Positions 12,644 through 24,899 of a DNA stretch of 64,000 bases are shown piece after piece. The stretch comes from Octopus sinensis (Eukaryota). Numbering within the stretch: the first letter of the stretch is position 1; each line of letters opens with the position of its first letter. A model generated the notes under the pieces. That model saw nothing but the letters and a program-made list of their open reading frames with translations, was not told where the DNA came from and did not search any database. The stretch covers positions 19,282,001 through 19,346,000 of the forward strand of contig NC_043018.1 in assembly GCF_006345805.1 (NCBI RefSeq), given 5' to 3'. The position numbers and the translations under genes are program-made.

Positions 12644-12872
12644 TATATTATATATACAACACACATATATATATATTATATATATATATAATATATATAT
12701 ATAATATATAAGATATATATATACACATACATACACATATATACATACTATTTACATGTATGTATGCATGTATGAATGTATATAATGTATATATATATAT
12801 ATATATATATAGGTATATTATATATATATATATATAGGTATATATATATAGTATATATATATATATACATAC

Positions 12873-12903
<31 letters not shown>

Positions 12904-13015
12904 GGTATATTATATATATACGTATATATATATGTATATATATATATATATATTAATATATTATATATACACATATATATATATATGTTTGTATGTATGA
13001 ATGACTATATATATA
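12600..13015. repeat. (TA)n-rich compound microsatellite
   Basis: Read directly from the sequence. Confidence 0.95.
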
Positions 13016-13139
13016 TACCGCAATAGTCGAGGGATTACTGCACATTTGTTCCACTATTAATTATTCTCCTTCATATATTCCACTATATTCCACTCTTACC
13101 TTTTATATTCACCTTACTGAGAGATGTCGCCTATTTACT

Positions 13140-13480
13140 TATTACACAACGTGCAGGTATTTTCTTTATTTAAGCAGAAAAAAAAATATTTGAAGCAACG
13201 GATGAAAAATTTAAGAAGGTCAAAATGTGTTGACGCCACTTCATGTCTGTACAAGAAATACAATTCTTCAGGAATTTTTGCAATGAGAGTGAATACTAAG
13301 GCTTATTATGTATATTTGTGGCTTTATCACGGAATGTGTCGAATATATCGTTAATGCGCACCTTTTTGCATAAACTAAACCTGCTGTCCTTTGAAAAACC
13401 TTCAGAAAATACATGTAGTCTATTTATAAGATCATATGCCCATGTGTAGATACGCATATATTTTGGAAGTTTTGGATTCA
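13140..13480 (-). pseudogene. Penelope-like GIY-YIG C-terminal relic
   Basis: PKY..IYTW...FSLCKKVRI...NKP resembles the SKYIW...C.LC..EK..I...LNK end of PLE endonucleases. Highly decayed. Confidence 0.45.
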
Positions 13481-13487
13481 TAGACAT

Positions 13488-13903
13488 GCGCAGGAGTGGC
13501 TGTGTGGTAAGTAGCTTGCTAACCAACCACATGGTTCCGGGTTCAGTCCCACTGCGTGGCATCTTGGGCAAGTGTCTTCTGCTATAGCCCCGGGCCGACC
13601 AATGCCTTGTGAGCGGATTTGGTAGACGGAAACTGAAAGAAGCCTGTCGTATAAATGTATATATATATGTATATGTGTGTGTGTTTGTGTGTCTGTGTTT
13701 GTCCCCTTAGCATTGTTTGACAACCGATGCTGGTGTGTTTACGTCCCCGTCACTTAGCGGTTCGGCAAAAGAGACCGATAGAATAAGTACTGGGCTTACA
13801 AAAGAATAAGTCCCGGGGTCGATTTGCTCGACTAAAGGCGGTGCTCCAGCATGGCCGCAGTCAAAATGACTGAAACAAGTAAAAGAGTAAAAGAGTAAAG
13901 AGT
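13488..13903 (+). mobile_element. SINE family A, young copy
   Basis: Head GCGCAGGAGTGGCTGTGTGG...GGTTCAGTCCC, CORE-like ATCTTGGGCAAGTGTCTT, internal (TA)n(TG)n, tail (GAGTAAAA)n. Confidence 0.92.
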
Positions 13904-14098
13904 ATGTACAACATTTGTGAAATTAGATAGAGCAGCTATTACTGGAAATAATACAATGCGGAGCAACGAGTAGATCGTTGACTACGACACGTTGTAAATA
14001 TCAAAAGTAATCAAACCTGTATAAGATTTGAGGAGGGATAAATATAAAGAAGGCATAAAGAAGAAACAATAACGAAATCAACCAGTCTTACGATTAAT

Positions 14099-14151
14099 CG
14101 CGTACGCGTTTCGGGATTAGAATATTAAAAGTCATTTCCCCCATCAGCATG
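14099..14151 (-). ncRNA. Decayed minimal hammerhead motif (probably inactive)
   Basis: Minus strand: CAUG-CUGAUGG-GGGA...UCCC-GAAA-CGCG-UA-CGCG. A9 is replaced by G and stem I is mismatched; the palindromic ACGCGU stem III is intact. Confidence 0.45.
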
Positions 14152-16096
14152 ATATTTCAAGATTATAAATTTGAATATGCTAAACCTACCTTTTGCGTCT
14201 TCGATCAAGCGACATCGAAACATATAATAAGATAGACAGCACTTCCGAATTTATATGGACGAGTAATTCCGCATCCTTCTATCCAAAATTACCATGTGCG
14301 TCACAAGATAGTACCGCAGAAAAAACTGCAGTTTGCTATCAGGGAGTGAAATTATCAACATGTAACAATATTGACCGAGGTTACCATGGTCTTTTCCGTA
14401 GGCTTTTCTTCCCACGGATAAACCTTATTTGCTTCCCCCTTTACACCGTACATCATGACACTGTGATACACGATCCCTATTGATCATTTTTTCCCCTTTT
14501 TCCTTTCTTTTTTTCTTTTTTCTCTTCTTTTGTTTCTTTTCCTTTTTTGCTTTTTTTTCTTCTTTCCCTCTTACGATCCCTTTTGATCGAAAACCTACCC
14601 CACTTTTTCTCCAAAAAAAGAAAAGCTCTACTTTGTAATCTGTCCCGTCTGTGTGCTGCCCTGTGTGGCTAATAAAGAAACATATCATTATAGATATAAG
14701 GTAAAAGGTTATTAATTTAATAATTTCACCAAGTAGCTTCGGTATGGAGGTTATATTGTAGTTAAAAGAATTAGCGACTGCTATTTCTAAATTTTTGGTA
14801 TGTGGTGAAGCAACTTTTTGTTAAACCCTTAATTATATTTATAATTATGAAAAAAATCTTTTCGTATAAATTTTTACCAATAATGTTTTTTTTTTTCCAT
14901 ACCAAACTACTTGTGAAATTATTAAATTAATAATTTTTTTACCCTATATCTATAATATATATATATATATATATAATATAATATATATATATCTATAATT
15001 ATACACATTATATGGAATCCAAGGATGAGATCCAGAGATGCTCTCTATAGGAAACACGTAGTAGCTCTGAAATGATTTGAAGCTACTCTCCGAAATCTTT
15101 ACCGAGGACTAAGTCTACGGGGTATCGAGAGGGTATATGAGGAATCCATACACAAACAACACACACACACACACGCAACCCTGATTATTTATATTTACTG
15201 TCTACAGCCTTATCTCTATTTCTGAAATCCGAGATTATATCAGATTTATATATTTCCTTTCCTACAAAATCCGTTAATAATATCTGTATGCCAATTTAAT
15301 AAGCAAAATGGCTGCTACCACTCGAGAAGCCTGTGTAACAACGTAACATATATCAAGGCAATCAACAACGCATCTTCAGCTCGTTACGTCATACCGTGTT
15401 ATTAATACATGGTATTCCATTGTCATTCGTTTAGCTCCTGTAGCTAGCTGCAAATAGGCTCGGTGATCTGGTATTGGTCATGAATGAAACCTGCAGGTGT
15501 ATTCTGTTAATTAGGGAAGTTATAATTTGTTAGATTTTGCGTGTGGAGTTCAGGGATCTTTATAAAGTTGAGTATGGATAGCGGGACATCAGCATGGTTT
15601 CTTTTTTTTTTCGTTGGAGATTCTGAGTTCAACAGCGTCATTAGCGGTTCCTTTCGGAGATAAATTCAAAGACTTAAAGTGGTTGAGAAGATAATAAAGA
15701 CGAGGCGAAATAGTGCAAGTATAGCAACAACAACAACTGATAATAATACTAATTATAATGATACTAATGATACTAATTATACTAATTATAATGAACCCGG
15801 AACCATGTGGTTGGGAAGCGAGATTCAAACCACACAGCCACGCTTAAACAACTCACACTTCATACATTTAACACCCCATAAAATAACACAGCTCATACAA
15901 CATTGTACTCTATATTGTAGAGTACGCCTTGTTTGAATTCCACTCAATGAAGCTTTTTATTTCTGCCTGTGGGTCCCTTTGATTCCTGTTTTAATCTCCT
16001 AGACACCCAGAGTCATTTTTGTAGTTAAAAAGAAATCCCTTTATATTTTCACAATTAAATATTACTAAGAATTGTATAAAAAAAAAATATATATTA

Positions 16097-16532
16097 GGCG
16101 CAGGAGTGGCTGTGTGGTAAGTAGCTTGCTAACCAACCACATGGTTCCGGGTTCAGTCCCACTGCGTGGCATCTTGGGCAGTGTCTTCTGCTATAGCCCC
16201 GTGCCGACCAATGCCTTGTGAGTGGATTTGGTAGACGGAAACGGAAGAAGCCTGCGTCTAATATGTATATATATATATATATGTTGTGTGTGTGTGTGTG
16301 TGTGTGGTGGTGTGTGTCTATGTTTGTCCCCCTAGCATTGCTTGACAACCGATGCTGGTATGCTTACGTCCCCGTCACTTAGTGGTTCGGCAAAAGAGAC
16401 CGATAGAATAAGTACTGGGCTTACAAAAAGAATAAGTCCCGGGGTCGATTTGCTCGACTAAAGGCGGTGCTCCAGCATGGCCGCAGTCAAATGACTGAAA
16501 CAAGTAAAAAAGTTAAAAAAAAAAGTAAAAAG
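16097..16532 (+). mobile_element. SINE family A, young copy
   Basis: Full head-to-tail match. Imperfect flanking duplication TA(C/T)TAAGAATTGTAT on both sides. Confidence 0.92.
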
Positions 16533-16689
16533 TATTAAGAATTGTATTTAAAAAATCGTTGATGTAGTTTGTGCATTGTTGAATTTTTTTATTGCGCATG
16601 AACTTTAACAACAAAAGTTTATGTGAAACGACAAGGACCAAATGAACCCCGGCTGAGAGTCCCTGCACTTACACAACACCAAAAATGAA

Positions 16690-17060
16690 TAGAGAAGTTG
16701 TTTGGATCTTATTATATCCTGGCGCCTTCCAGTTTTTTTGTTTTCTTTTGGCAGAGTCTGGGATGGCCTCTTCTGTTGTAAATTCACCGTCCAACCATTG
16801 TTCTAATGCTGAGATTATTGTTTTGTACAACTTCGCCTATGGTGACTCCATTTTTTTCCCCACCTCCATACTCCTCCCTCATAGTTCTCCTACTTTGTCT
16901 CGCGGTTACTACTTGCATTGATTTCGATTCTATTTTTATTCAGTGCTTCCTAAAAATCGTTTTGGACTGGAGCCGAACTGCTTGGCTTTATTCAAAGAAT
17001 CATTATAACTTTTCATACCGACCGATACTTTGGGATTTAGCGAGGATCTCCTGTTTCAGC
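16690..17060 (-). pseudogene. Non-LTR RT N-terminal relic (R4/NeSL-like)
   Basis: The minus frame gives FTTEEAI...KQKNWKAPGYNKI, typical of the pre-RT NWKAPG block. Disrupted by stops. Confidence 0.5.
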
Positions 17061-17223
17061 TTTTCTTTGATTTCAGATAATTCTCTCTCTAATTTATATT
17101 TTCGTAATTATATTTTTATATTATATTTCTGTCTCTCTATGTTTCGCTTGTGTCACTTCGTTATTGATTTTTATCAAGGAATGAGAATTTTCTTACATTT
17201 CTTCATTTTCTTACATTTCTTCA

Positions 17224-17638
17224 GGCGCAGGAGTGGCTGTGTGGTAAGTAGCTTGCTAACCAACCACATGGCTCCGGGTTCAGTCCCACTGCGTGGCATC
17301 TTGGGCAAGTGTCTTCTGCTATAGCCCCGGGCCGACCAATGCCTTGTGAGGGGATTTGGTAGACGGAAACCAAAGAAGCCTGTCGTATATATGTATATAT
17401 ATATATGTGTGTGTGTTGTGTGTGTGTTGTGTGTTTGTCCCCCTAGCATTGCTTGACAACCGATGCTGGTGTGTTTACGTCCCCGTCACTTAGCGGTTCG
17501 GCAAAAGAGACCGATAAAATAAGTACTGGGCTTACAAAGATAAGTCCCGGGGTCGATTTGCTCGACTAAAGGCGGTGCTCCAGCATGCCGCAGTCAAATG
17601 ACTGAAACAAGTAAAAGATAAAAGATAAAAGATAAAAA
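17224..17638 (+). mobile_element. SINE family A, young copy
   Basis: Full match; tail variant (AAAGAT)n. Confidence 0.92.
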
Positions 17639-17695
17639 ATATATCTATTTTCCATATTGTTTTTGAATATTTTTATTTGACTATATCTGAGGAGT

Positions 17696-18015
17696 GAGGG
17701 CGCGTGGCTTAGTGGTTAGGGCATTCGGCTCATGATCGTAAGGTTGTGAGTTCGATTCCCGGCGACGCGTTGTGTCCTTGAGCAAGACACTTTATTTCAC
17801 GTTGCTCCAGTCCACTCAGCTGGCAAAAATGAGTTGTACTTGTATTTCAAAGGGTCAGCCTTGTCACTCTCTGTGTCGCTGATTATCCCCGAGAACTACG
17901 TAAGGGTACCGTTTCTGTGGAATGCTCAGCCATTTGCACGTTAATTTCACGAGCAAGCTGTTCCGTTGATCGTATCAGCTGGGACCCTCGTCGTCGTAAC
18001 CGGCGGAGTCTTTAA
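17696..18015 (+). mobile_element. SINE family C (head shared with family E)
   Basis: A/B boxes, CORE-like GTGTCCTTGAGCAAGACACTT, body shared with 11501-11882. TSD ATATCTGAGGA (17683-17693 and 18016-18026). Confidence 0.88.
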
Positions 18016-18089
18016 ATATCTGAGGAAGTTTCCACTTTGTAACAATACTGGCAGCTGCATACATTATTTCGTTTCATCTGTTATCTCGA

Positions 18090-18350
18090 GACCTACCGCT
18101 TACAATGTTGCAAGATCAGGCTTTCGATTTCCGGGTTGGACGATATGTTGTGCTCCTGAGCAAAACACTTCATTTCCCGTTACCTCAGTTCACTCAACTG
18201 CAAATGAGTTCAAGCAGTAGCTGGACATTTAACCCTGCGACAGACCAGCGTCCCGTTCAGGGGGGAAGTGCTATTATCTTAGTCACCTATGCGCCATAAA
18301 AACCGAGTTAAGTTCTGGTTTTATAACCTCGAAGGAACACGACAGATCTA
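18090..18350 (+). mobile_element. Old SINE family E copy
   Basis: GTGCTCCTGAGCAAAACACTT...CCCTGCGACAGACCAGCGTCCCGTTCAGGGG. Confidence 0.6.
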
Positions 18351-18399
18351 AGCTGAGCTAATAATATAAATATTCGTATCCATTTTCTTGAGACCTGAA

Positions 18400-18622
18400 A
18401 TGGTGAGATGTCAGAATCGTTAGCATGCCGGGCGTAATACTTAGCGGCATTTCATAACTTTATGTTCTGAGTTCAAAATCCGCCGAGGTCGACTTTACCT
18501 TTCATCCTTTCGGGGTCGATAAATTAAGTACTAGTGAAACACTGGGGTCGATGTAATCGACTCATCCTCTCACCCAAAATTACAGGACTTGTGCCTTTAG
18601 TAGAAAGGATTATTATGTATTA

Positions 18623-18656
<34 letters not shown>

Positions 18657-18671
18657 TAATATTAATCATTA

Positions 18672-18706
<35 letters not shown>

Positions 18707-18825
18707 CATTATTATTATTAGTATTATCATTATCATTATTATTATTATTAGTATTATCATTAATATTATTATTATTATTATTATTATTATTAGATTATTT
18801 CATTATTATTATTATTATTATAGTA

Positions 18826-18867
<42 letters not shown>

Positions 18868-18900
18868 TTATTATTATTATTATTGTTATTGATTATTATT
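18400..18900 (+). mobile_element. SINE family B' (alternative 3' end) with ~290-bp (TAT/CAT)n tail
   Basis: B head and central motif, then ...CCCAAAATT.CAGG.CTTGTGCCT.TAGTAGAAAGG followed by (ATT)n. Confidence 0.8.
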
Positions 18901-19689
18901 ATAACCGCCAGATAATGGAATTATAGATGCAATCTGTCCCCGCCAGCTTTCACTGTTTCTCCTATCTTTTATCTTTTATTCTTTTACTTGTTTCAGTCAT
19001 TAGACTGCGGCCATGCTGGCGCACAGCATTGAAGAATTTTTTGAAGCCTTGTACTTATTCCATCGATCTGTTTTGCGAACCGCTAAGCTACGGGGAGGCA
19101 AGCACATCAACACTAGTTGTCAAGCGAAGTTGTGGTACAAATACAGACACAAAAACACAGACAGCCAGACTAACAGACATATACACACAGACACATATAC
19201 ACTTTCAGTTTCCATCTACGAAATCCCCGAGGTTGGAGCAGAAGACACTGGCCCAAAGTGTCACGCAGTGGAACTGAACCGGGACTGAACGCACAATTTC
19301 ATTCACAAAGTCTGGTTTGAACCAAGGCTAAAATAAAAAAAAAAAGGAAAAAAAAAAGAAAAGAAACTGGCCCCAAATGCTGCGTGGTGGAATTGAACGT
19401 GAGACGTTATGAATGATAAACAACCTTCCATAACCATTAGGCTACGCCCGCACTAGACACCATTACTTTTTGTGTGTGCAGTGGCGGTATTACAATATAT
19501 AACTCTGTAATAATGCAATTCTGAGCTTTGTGGAAGGCATAATTCACTGACATGTTTCAGCTCTCCCCATCCATCATCTTCTTTCTCTATATCCTTACAC
19601 CTCCCCACACACACAACAGGCGTGTGCACGCATACACACACCAATACATATACATAAATATATATACATACATGCGTACTTCCACATAT

Positions 19690-19694
19690 ACTCT

Positions 19695-19729
<35 letters not shown>

Positions 19730-19774
19730 TATACATACATATATCTTACATATTTAAAATACATATGCATATAC

Positions 19775-19822
<48 letters not shown>

Positions 19823-19964
19823 GTACTTATATAAACACACATACGTATATATATTATATATGTGTATATGTATAAGATATCTATATGTACATATACATAT
19901 ATTATATCTATCGTATGTTTATATAAGTACATATATATATATATCTTATATATATATATAAGTC

Positions 19965-20004
<40 letters not shown>

Positions 20005-20359
20005 TACATATATATATATATATATATATATAATACAATATATATATATATGATATATATATATATATAAGTACCATATATATATATATATAATATATAT
20101 ATAATATATATATATGCATGTATTTTAAATATGTAAGAATATATGTGTATATGCATATATATATATATATATGCATATATATATGTAGTATATATAATCG
20201 AATGTGCAATATATATATAATACTATACATAAGTACTAGTACATACTTAAACATATATACATACATATATAAACATGTATATATATATATAATATATATA
20301 ATCATATATATATCTATGTATATGTATATGTATATACACACATATATATTAGTATATTT

Positions 20360-20390
<31 letters not shown>

Positions 20391-20570
20391 CGTATACATA
20401 TACGTCTATATGTATATATACATATACATTTATGGGTATAACACAGACGCGCATATATGTAAATTGTATACATACACGCATACATACACACATATTCACA
20501 CATATAGATATGTGTGTGTATGTGCGTGTGTGCGCACGTGTGTGTGTGCGTGCGTGTGTGTGTGTCTACG
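19690..20570. repeat. Long compound (TA)/(CA)/(TG) microsatellite field
   Basis: Read directly from the sequence. Confidence 0.95.
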
Positions 20571-21285
20571 TCATGTAAAACTGTCTGCCGCAGCCACAGT
20601 AACATGCGGCTTTTAAACAATTAGTTTCGAATTTATAGCGATAAATAATTGAATGGAAATCTATTTGGGATTTTTCTAATAGTATTTTCGGTTTTACTTA
20701 AATGGCACCACAGGGAATTAATTTCATTAAAATTGTCCATTTCTCACCAAGTTCGTTGGTTGCAGCAAACGACATGGGCGCAGTGCGAGATTTGAGATTA
20801 AAAACGAAACTATTTCTCTCTAAACAACCAATGAAATAACCGGGAAAAATAAAGGATACGTGTCGAACACGTAATTGAATAAATGCAATACTTTAGTACT
20901 TCACCTGAAATATAGTTATATCGAATCCCTTTTATAAAAACGGTGAATAAATTGGATCCGTCACTGGCGAGCGAGTCTGGTTTGGTTTGGTTTGGTAATG
21001 TATGTGAAGGCAAACGCTTATGGTTCTTGGAGTGTGTGTGTAGTCAAGAGCGGACAAAGAGATCTTGTCGAATCTCACCCCTTGACTTAGTGTAGCATAA
21101 AGAATGTGACAAGGAAGAGGGAGAGAGAGAGAGAGAGTCAGAGAGAGAGAGAGAGACAGAGTAATATAGCGATAGAGGAAGAGATGTATACAATGTTATA
21201 TATATATATATAAATATATATATATACTCATTACAGATAAAGGGTGAAATATAATTAATTTAATAAACATCAACAAATTTCATCA

Positions 21286-21385
21286 NNNNNNNNNNNNNNN
21301 NNNNNNNNNNNNNNNNNNNNNNNNNNNNNNNNNNNNNNNNNNNNNNNNNNNNNNNNNNNNNNNNNNNNNNNNNNNNNNNNNNNNN
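21286..21385. other. Assembly gap (100 N)
   Basis: Exactly 100 N, typical of a scaffolding placeholder, so the true distance is unknown. Confidence 0.99.
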
Positions 21386-21423
21386 ACGGGAAGATAGAAA
21401 ACACGAAGAGAAATGTCTAGTTA

Positions 21424-21822
21424 GGCGCAGGAGTGGCTGTGTGGTAAGTAGCTTGCTAACCAACCACATGGTTCCGGTTCAGTCCCACTGCGTGGCACCT
21501 TGGGCAAGTGTCTTCTGCTATAGCCCGGGCCGACCAATGCCTTGTGAGTGGATTTGTAGCACCAACTGAAAGAAGCCTGTCGTATATATTGCATTATATT
21601 ATGTGTGGTTTGTGTGTCCCCTAGCATTGCTTGACAACCATGCTGGTGTGTGTTTACGTCCCCGTCACTTAGCGGTTCGGCAAAAAGAGACCGATAGAAT
21701 AAGTACTGGGCTTACAAAAGAATAAGTCCCGGGGTCGATTTGCTCGACTAAAGGCGGTGCTCCAGCATGGCCGCAGTCAACTGACTGAAACAAGTAAAAA
21801 GAGTAAAGAGAGTAAGAGAGTT
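21424..21822 (+). mobile_element. SINE family A copy
   Basis: Full match with several small indels. Confidence 0.9.
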
Positions 21823-22230
21823 AAAATGACGGCTAAACAAAAGTTAGCATTTATGTAGAGAAGTTTATATAAAGTTCTGTGTGTTTGTGTATTTTAGTTC
21901 AGAGAATGGGATATGAGAATGTATACGTATTTGTGACATGGTGTCTATTTTGTCTTAAATCAACTTTCATTGTCACGTGGTTAACCACATGCCTCGTATA
22001 CCCTAAATGTGTCACGGGTTCACATAATGTCATGGCTAATGATTTAGGTCGGTGGTTCTCAACCTTTTTCGCCTTCGGGTCCACATTTTTATGATCGAAA
22101 AATCTTAGGCCCACTGCCCTCTAAACCAGTTATCCGACCCTCTTCCGGAATATAAAACCCCATGAAGTAGTTATTGTTTCCACATGCTATAGCTCCATGT
22201 ACGGGTACAATCACAATCATTAAATAAATT

Positions 22231-22461
22231 ACTCTCTCTTTTACTCTTTTACTTGTTTTAGTCATGTGACTGTGGCCATGCTGGAGCGCCGCCTTTAGTC
22301 GATCAAATCGACCCCAGGACTTATTTTTTGTAAGCCTAGTACTTATTTTATCGGTCTCTTTTTTTGCCGAACCGCTAAGTTACGGGGACGTAAACACACC
22401 AGCATCGGTTGTCAAGCGATGTTTGGGGGACAAACACAGACACACAAACACGCACACACAC

Positions 22462-22521
<60 letters not shown>

Positions 22522-22678
22522 CATACGACGGGCTTCTTTCAGTTTCCGTCTACCAAATCTACTCACAAGTCTTTGGTTGGCCCGAGGCTATGGTAGAAGA
22601 CACTTACCCAAGGTGCCACGCAGTGGGACTGAACCCGGAATCATGTGGTTCGTAAGCAAGCTACTTACCACACAGCCA
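22231..22678 (-). mobile_element. SINE family A copy
   Basis: Reverse-complement match, slightly 5'-truncated. Confidence 0.9.
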
Positions 22679-23484
22679 TAATATCTTCTTGTTTATGGAA
22701 CCGGCAAGCAAAAAAAAAAACATCTAAAAATGGAAGCAAAGTATATTTACATTTTTACTTACAAGAAATGAAGATGCAATTCAATGGCTACATTGCGGTT
22801 GGTGTTTTTCAATTAGGTTGGCAAGACTAACAAATTACCGTTAATTACGTAATGAATAGCAAAAGGAGATCACGCATTCTTTTCATAACATTTCGTGGTC
22901 GGCATAACCATGCTGCGTGATAATAGGATGGAGGATGAATAATGAACTTTTTGTTGGCAAGAAGTGGAGATTATTTCCTCACTAACAAAAATGAATTTTT
23001 ACTCACTTCTTATGATGGTTTTTTTCATAAGTGCATTCAAAACTGCGTGTGAACTGAAAGCTACATCAGTGACTTCGAAGTGCAATTATCTGAGACTTCC
23101 TTTTAGATCGTTTAGATGTGTTACGTTTTTTGATATGTTTTCGAATCTTATTTGTTACGTTTGTAATGTTTCGAGATAAACATTTGTTACGTATCGGAAA
23201 AATCTTTGGCCAACGCTGGTCAAGACTACAAATTGAATACTAAAACAGCTTGTTTCAAATCCAGAAAATCTCCAAGGCCGCAGTCAAATGACTGAAACAA
23301 GTAAAAGAGTAAAAGAGTAAGAGTAAAGAGTAATATTTTTGACTTCAGGCTACACAGAGGATTAAATATAAAATTATTCGTACGATTTATATGAAAAGCA
23401 AAAAATAGACTATTGCAGCGTGGAAGGTGTTTGTAAGCCATTTAAGAAACACACAAAAGCCGTTCGATTCACTTCAACATTTAA

Positions 23485-23687
23485 TTCTTTTACTTGTTTC
23501 AGTCATTTGACTGCGGCCATGCTGGAGCAACGCCTTTAGTCGAGCAAATCGACCCCGGGACTTATTCTTTTTGTAAGCCCAGTACTTATTCTATCGGCCT
23601 CTTTTGCCGAACCGCTAAGTGACGGGGACGCAAACACACCAGCATCGGTTGTCAAGCAATGCTAAGGGGACAAACACAGACATAGAA

Positions 23688-23718
<31 letters not shown>

Positions 23719-23882
23719 CATATATACGACAGGCTTCTTTAAGTTTCCGTCTACCAAATCCACTCACAAGGCATTGGTCGGCCCGGGGCTATAGCACAAG
23801 ACACTTGCCCAAGATGCCACGCAGTGGGAATGAACCCGGAACCATGAGGTTGGTTAGCAAGCTACTTACCACACAGCCACTC
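23485..23882 (-). mobile_element. SINE family A, young copy
   Basis: Reverse-complement match to 13488-13903. Confidence 0.92.
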
Positions 23883-23894
23883 GCAGCACGGATT

Positions 23895-23945
23895 TTTGTC
23901 AGTGAACAGGTCGCGGTCTTAAAGCGACGAAAATATTTTGACAAA
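23895..23945 (+). ncRNA. Candidate variant-core minimal hammerhead ribozyme
   Basis: Stem I UUUGUCA/UGACAAA (7 bp); core GUGAACA plus extra G; stem II GUCGC/GCGAC; GAAA; palindromic stem III AAUAUU; U at position 17. Confidence 0.55.
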
Positions 23946-24187
23946 TTAAACTTAAATGTTGAAGTGAATCGAACGGCTTTTGTGTGTTTCTTAAATGGCT
24001 TACAAACCCCCAGCCACGCTGCAATTGTTTTCGTTTCAGCACACGATCTCAGATCAAATCACTTGCTATGCGAGTACATCTCCGTAAAAAATAAACTGTT
24101 TAAAGTTTAAAATTTATAAAAACAATTAAAGTTTGTTGCTTCACCACCTTTGTTTCATTAATCATATTGTGCGTAACGAAACCAAAG

Positions 24188-24495
24188 ACGCAGTATGGCC
24201 GAATAGTTAAGAATACTGCTTCGCAACCACAAAATCCTGGGTTCGCTCCTACTGTGTGACATCTTGGGTAAATGCTATTTTCTATATCTGCGTATCTTGT
24301 GAGTGAAATTGGGTAGATGGAAACTGTAAAGAAGCCTTATGGATTGATTGTGATTCTGTCATATGGATCTACCTGAGAATTATATTAAGAGTATACGTAT
24401 CTTTGGAACGCACAACCACTTAGACATTGATTCAGAAGCAAGTTATTAATTTGACCGAATAACTGAATCCTCATTGTTGAGCGACGGAGATCCAC
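24188..24495 (+). mobile_element. Old mosaic SINE (A-like head, C-like 3' part)
   Basis: GCAGTATGGCCGAATAGTTAAG...GGGTTCGCTCC...GGTAGATGGAAACTG, then CCTGAGAATTATATTAAGAG...GACGGAG. Confidence 0.55.
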
Positions 24496-24499
24496 TTCT

Positions 24500-24889
24500 A
24501 TGCCCATCACAAAATTGGAAATAACATTTTTTGAAGACATTCATGCATTTTTTGAAGACATTCATGTCATAACATCAAGCCTAAAATAGCATTTTTTAAA
24601 AAATGCCTGTGCCACTCAAAAAACTGCGTACGACTCATTGCCTCGTCGCCGAAATTTAACGCAAAATTTCACGTTGGCTCTTTGTTCCTGTCTATGACAA
24701 AATCGCAGACTACAGCACACGTGGAACCACAAAAACAAATTACCCGACTTGCGAAGTAAACGCAGTGATGTCACTTGGCACACTGCCTCAGGAAGGTCAC
24801 TGCTAGCACTCACTGCACAGGCAACAATGTGCTGCCATCTGTTGGCATGCTACAGAATTAGGCCGGGAACGTTTTGATACCTCTTCGTA
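24500..24889 (-). mobile_element. Mariner transposon 5' relic
   Basis: On the minus strand, TA plus TIR CGAAGAGGTATCAAAA, then EQRANVKFCVKF, the mariner transposase N-terminal HTH motif (ORF 24616-24813). Confidence 0.75.
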
Positions 24890-24899
24890 CATAATAATA

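Larger units (their letters stand above)
23412..24025. repeat. Inverted pair of a ~75-bp repeat end, interrupted by SINE A
   Basis: 23412-23484 is the reverse complement of 23952-24025. The right arm extends inward through the hammerhead-like fold. Confidence 0.85.

Noticed and set aside
13228-13275. Possible hammerhead after the PLE relic (minus-strand CUGAAGA...GAAG.GGCGUC)
   Set aside because: GAAA is broken and stems II and III are poorly paired; too decayed to call.
15015-15065. GGAUGA...GAAACACGUAGUA hammerhead-like string
   Set aside because: The core lacks C3/U4 and stem II does not close.
16806-17324. 172-aa plus-strand ORF
   Set aside because: It is antisense to an RT relic and ends inside SINE A; the recurring peptides RCHAVGLNPEPCGW and RNWYLIYRPRKDERQS are SINE translations.
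22045-22110. hAT-like TIR CGGTGGTTCTCAACC
   Set aside because: No partner TIR or TSD was found.
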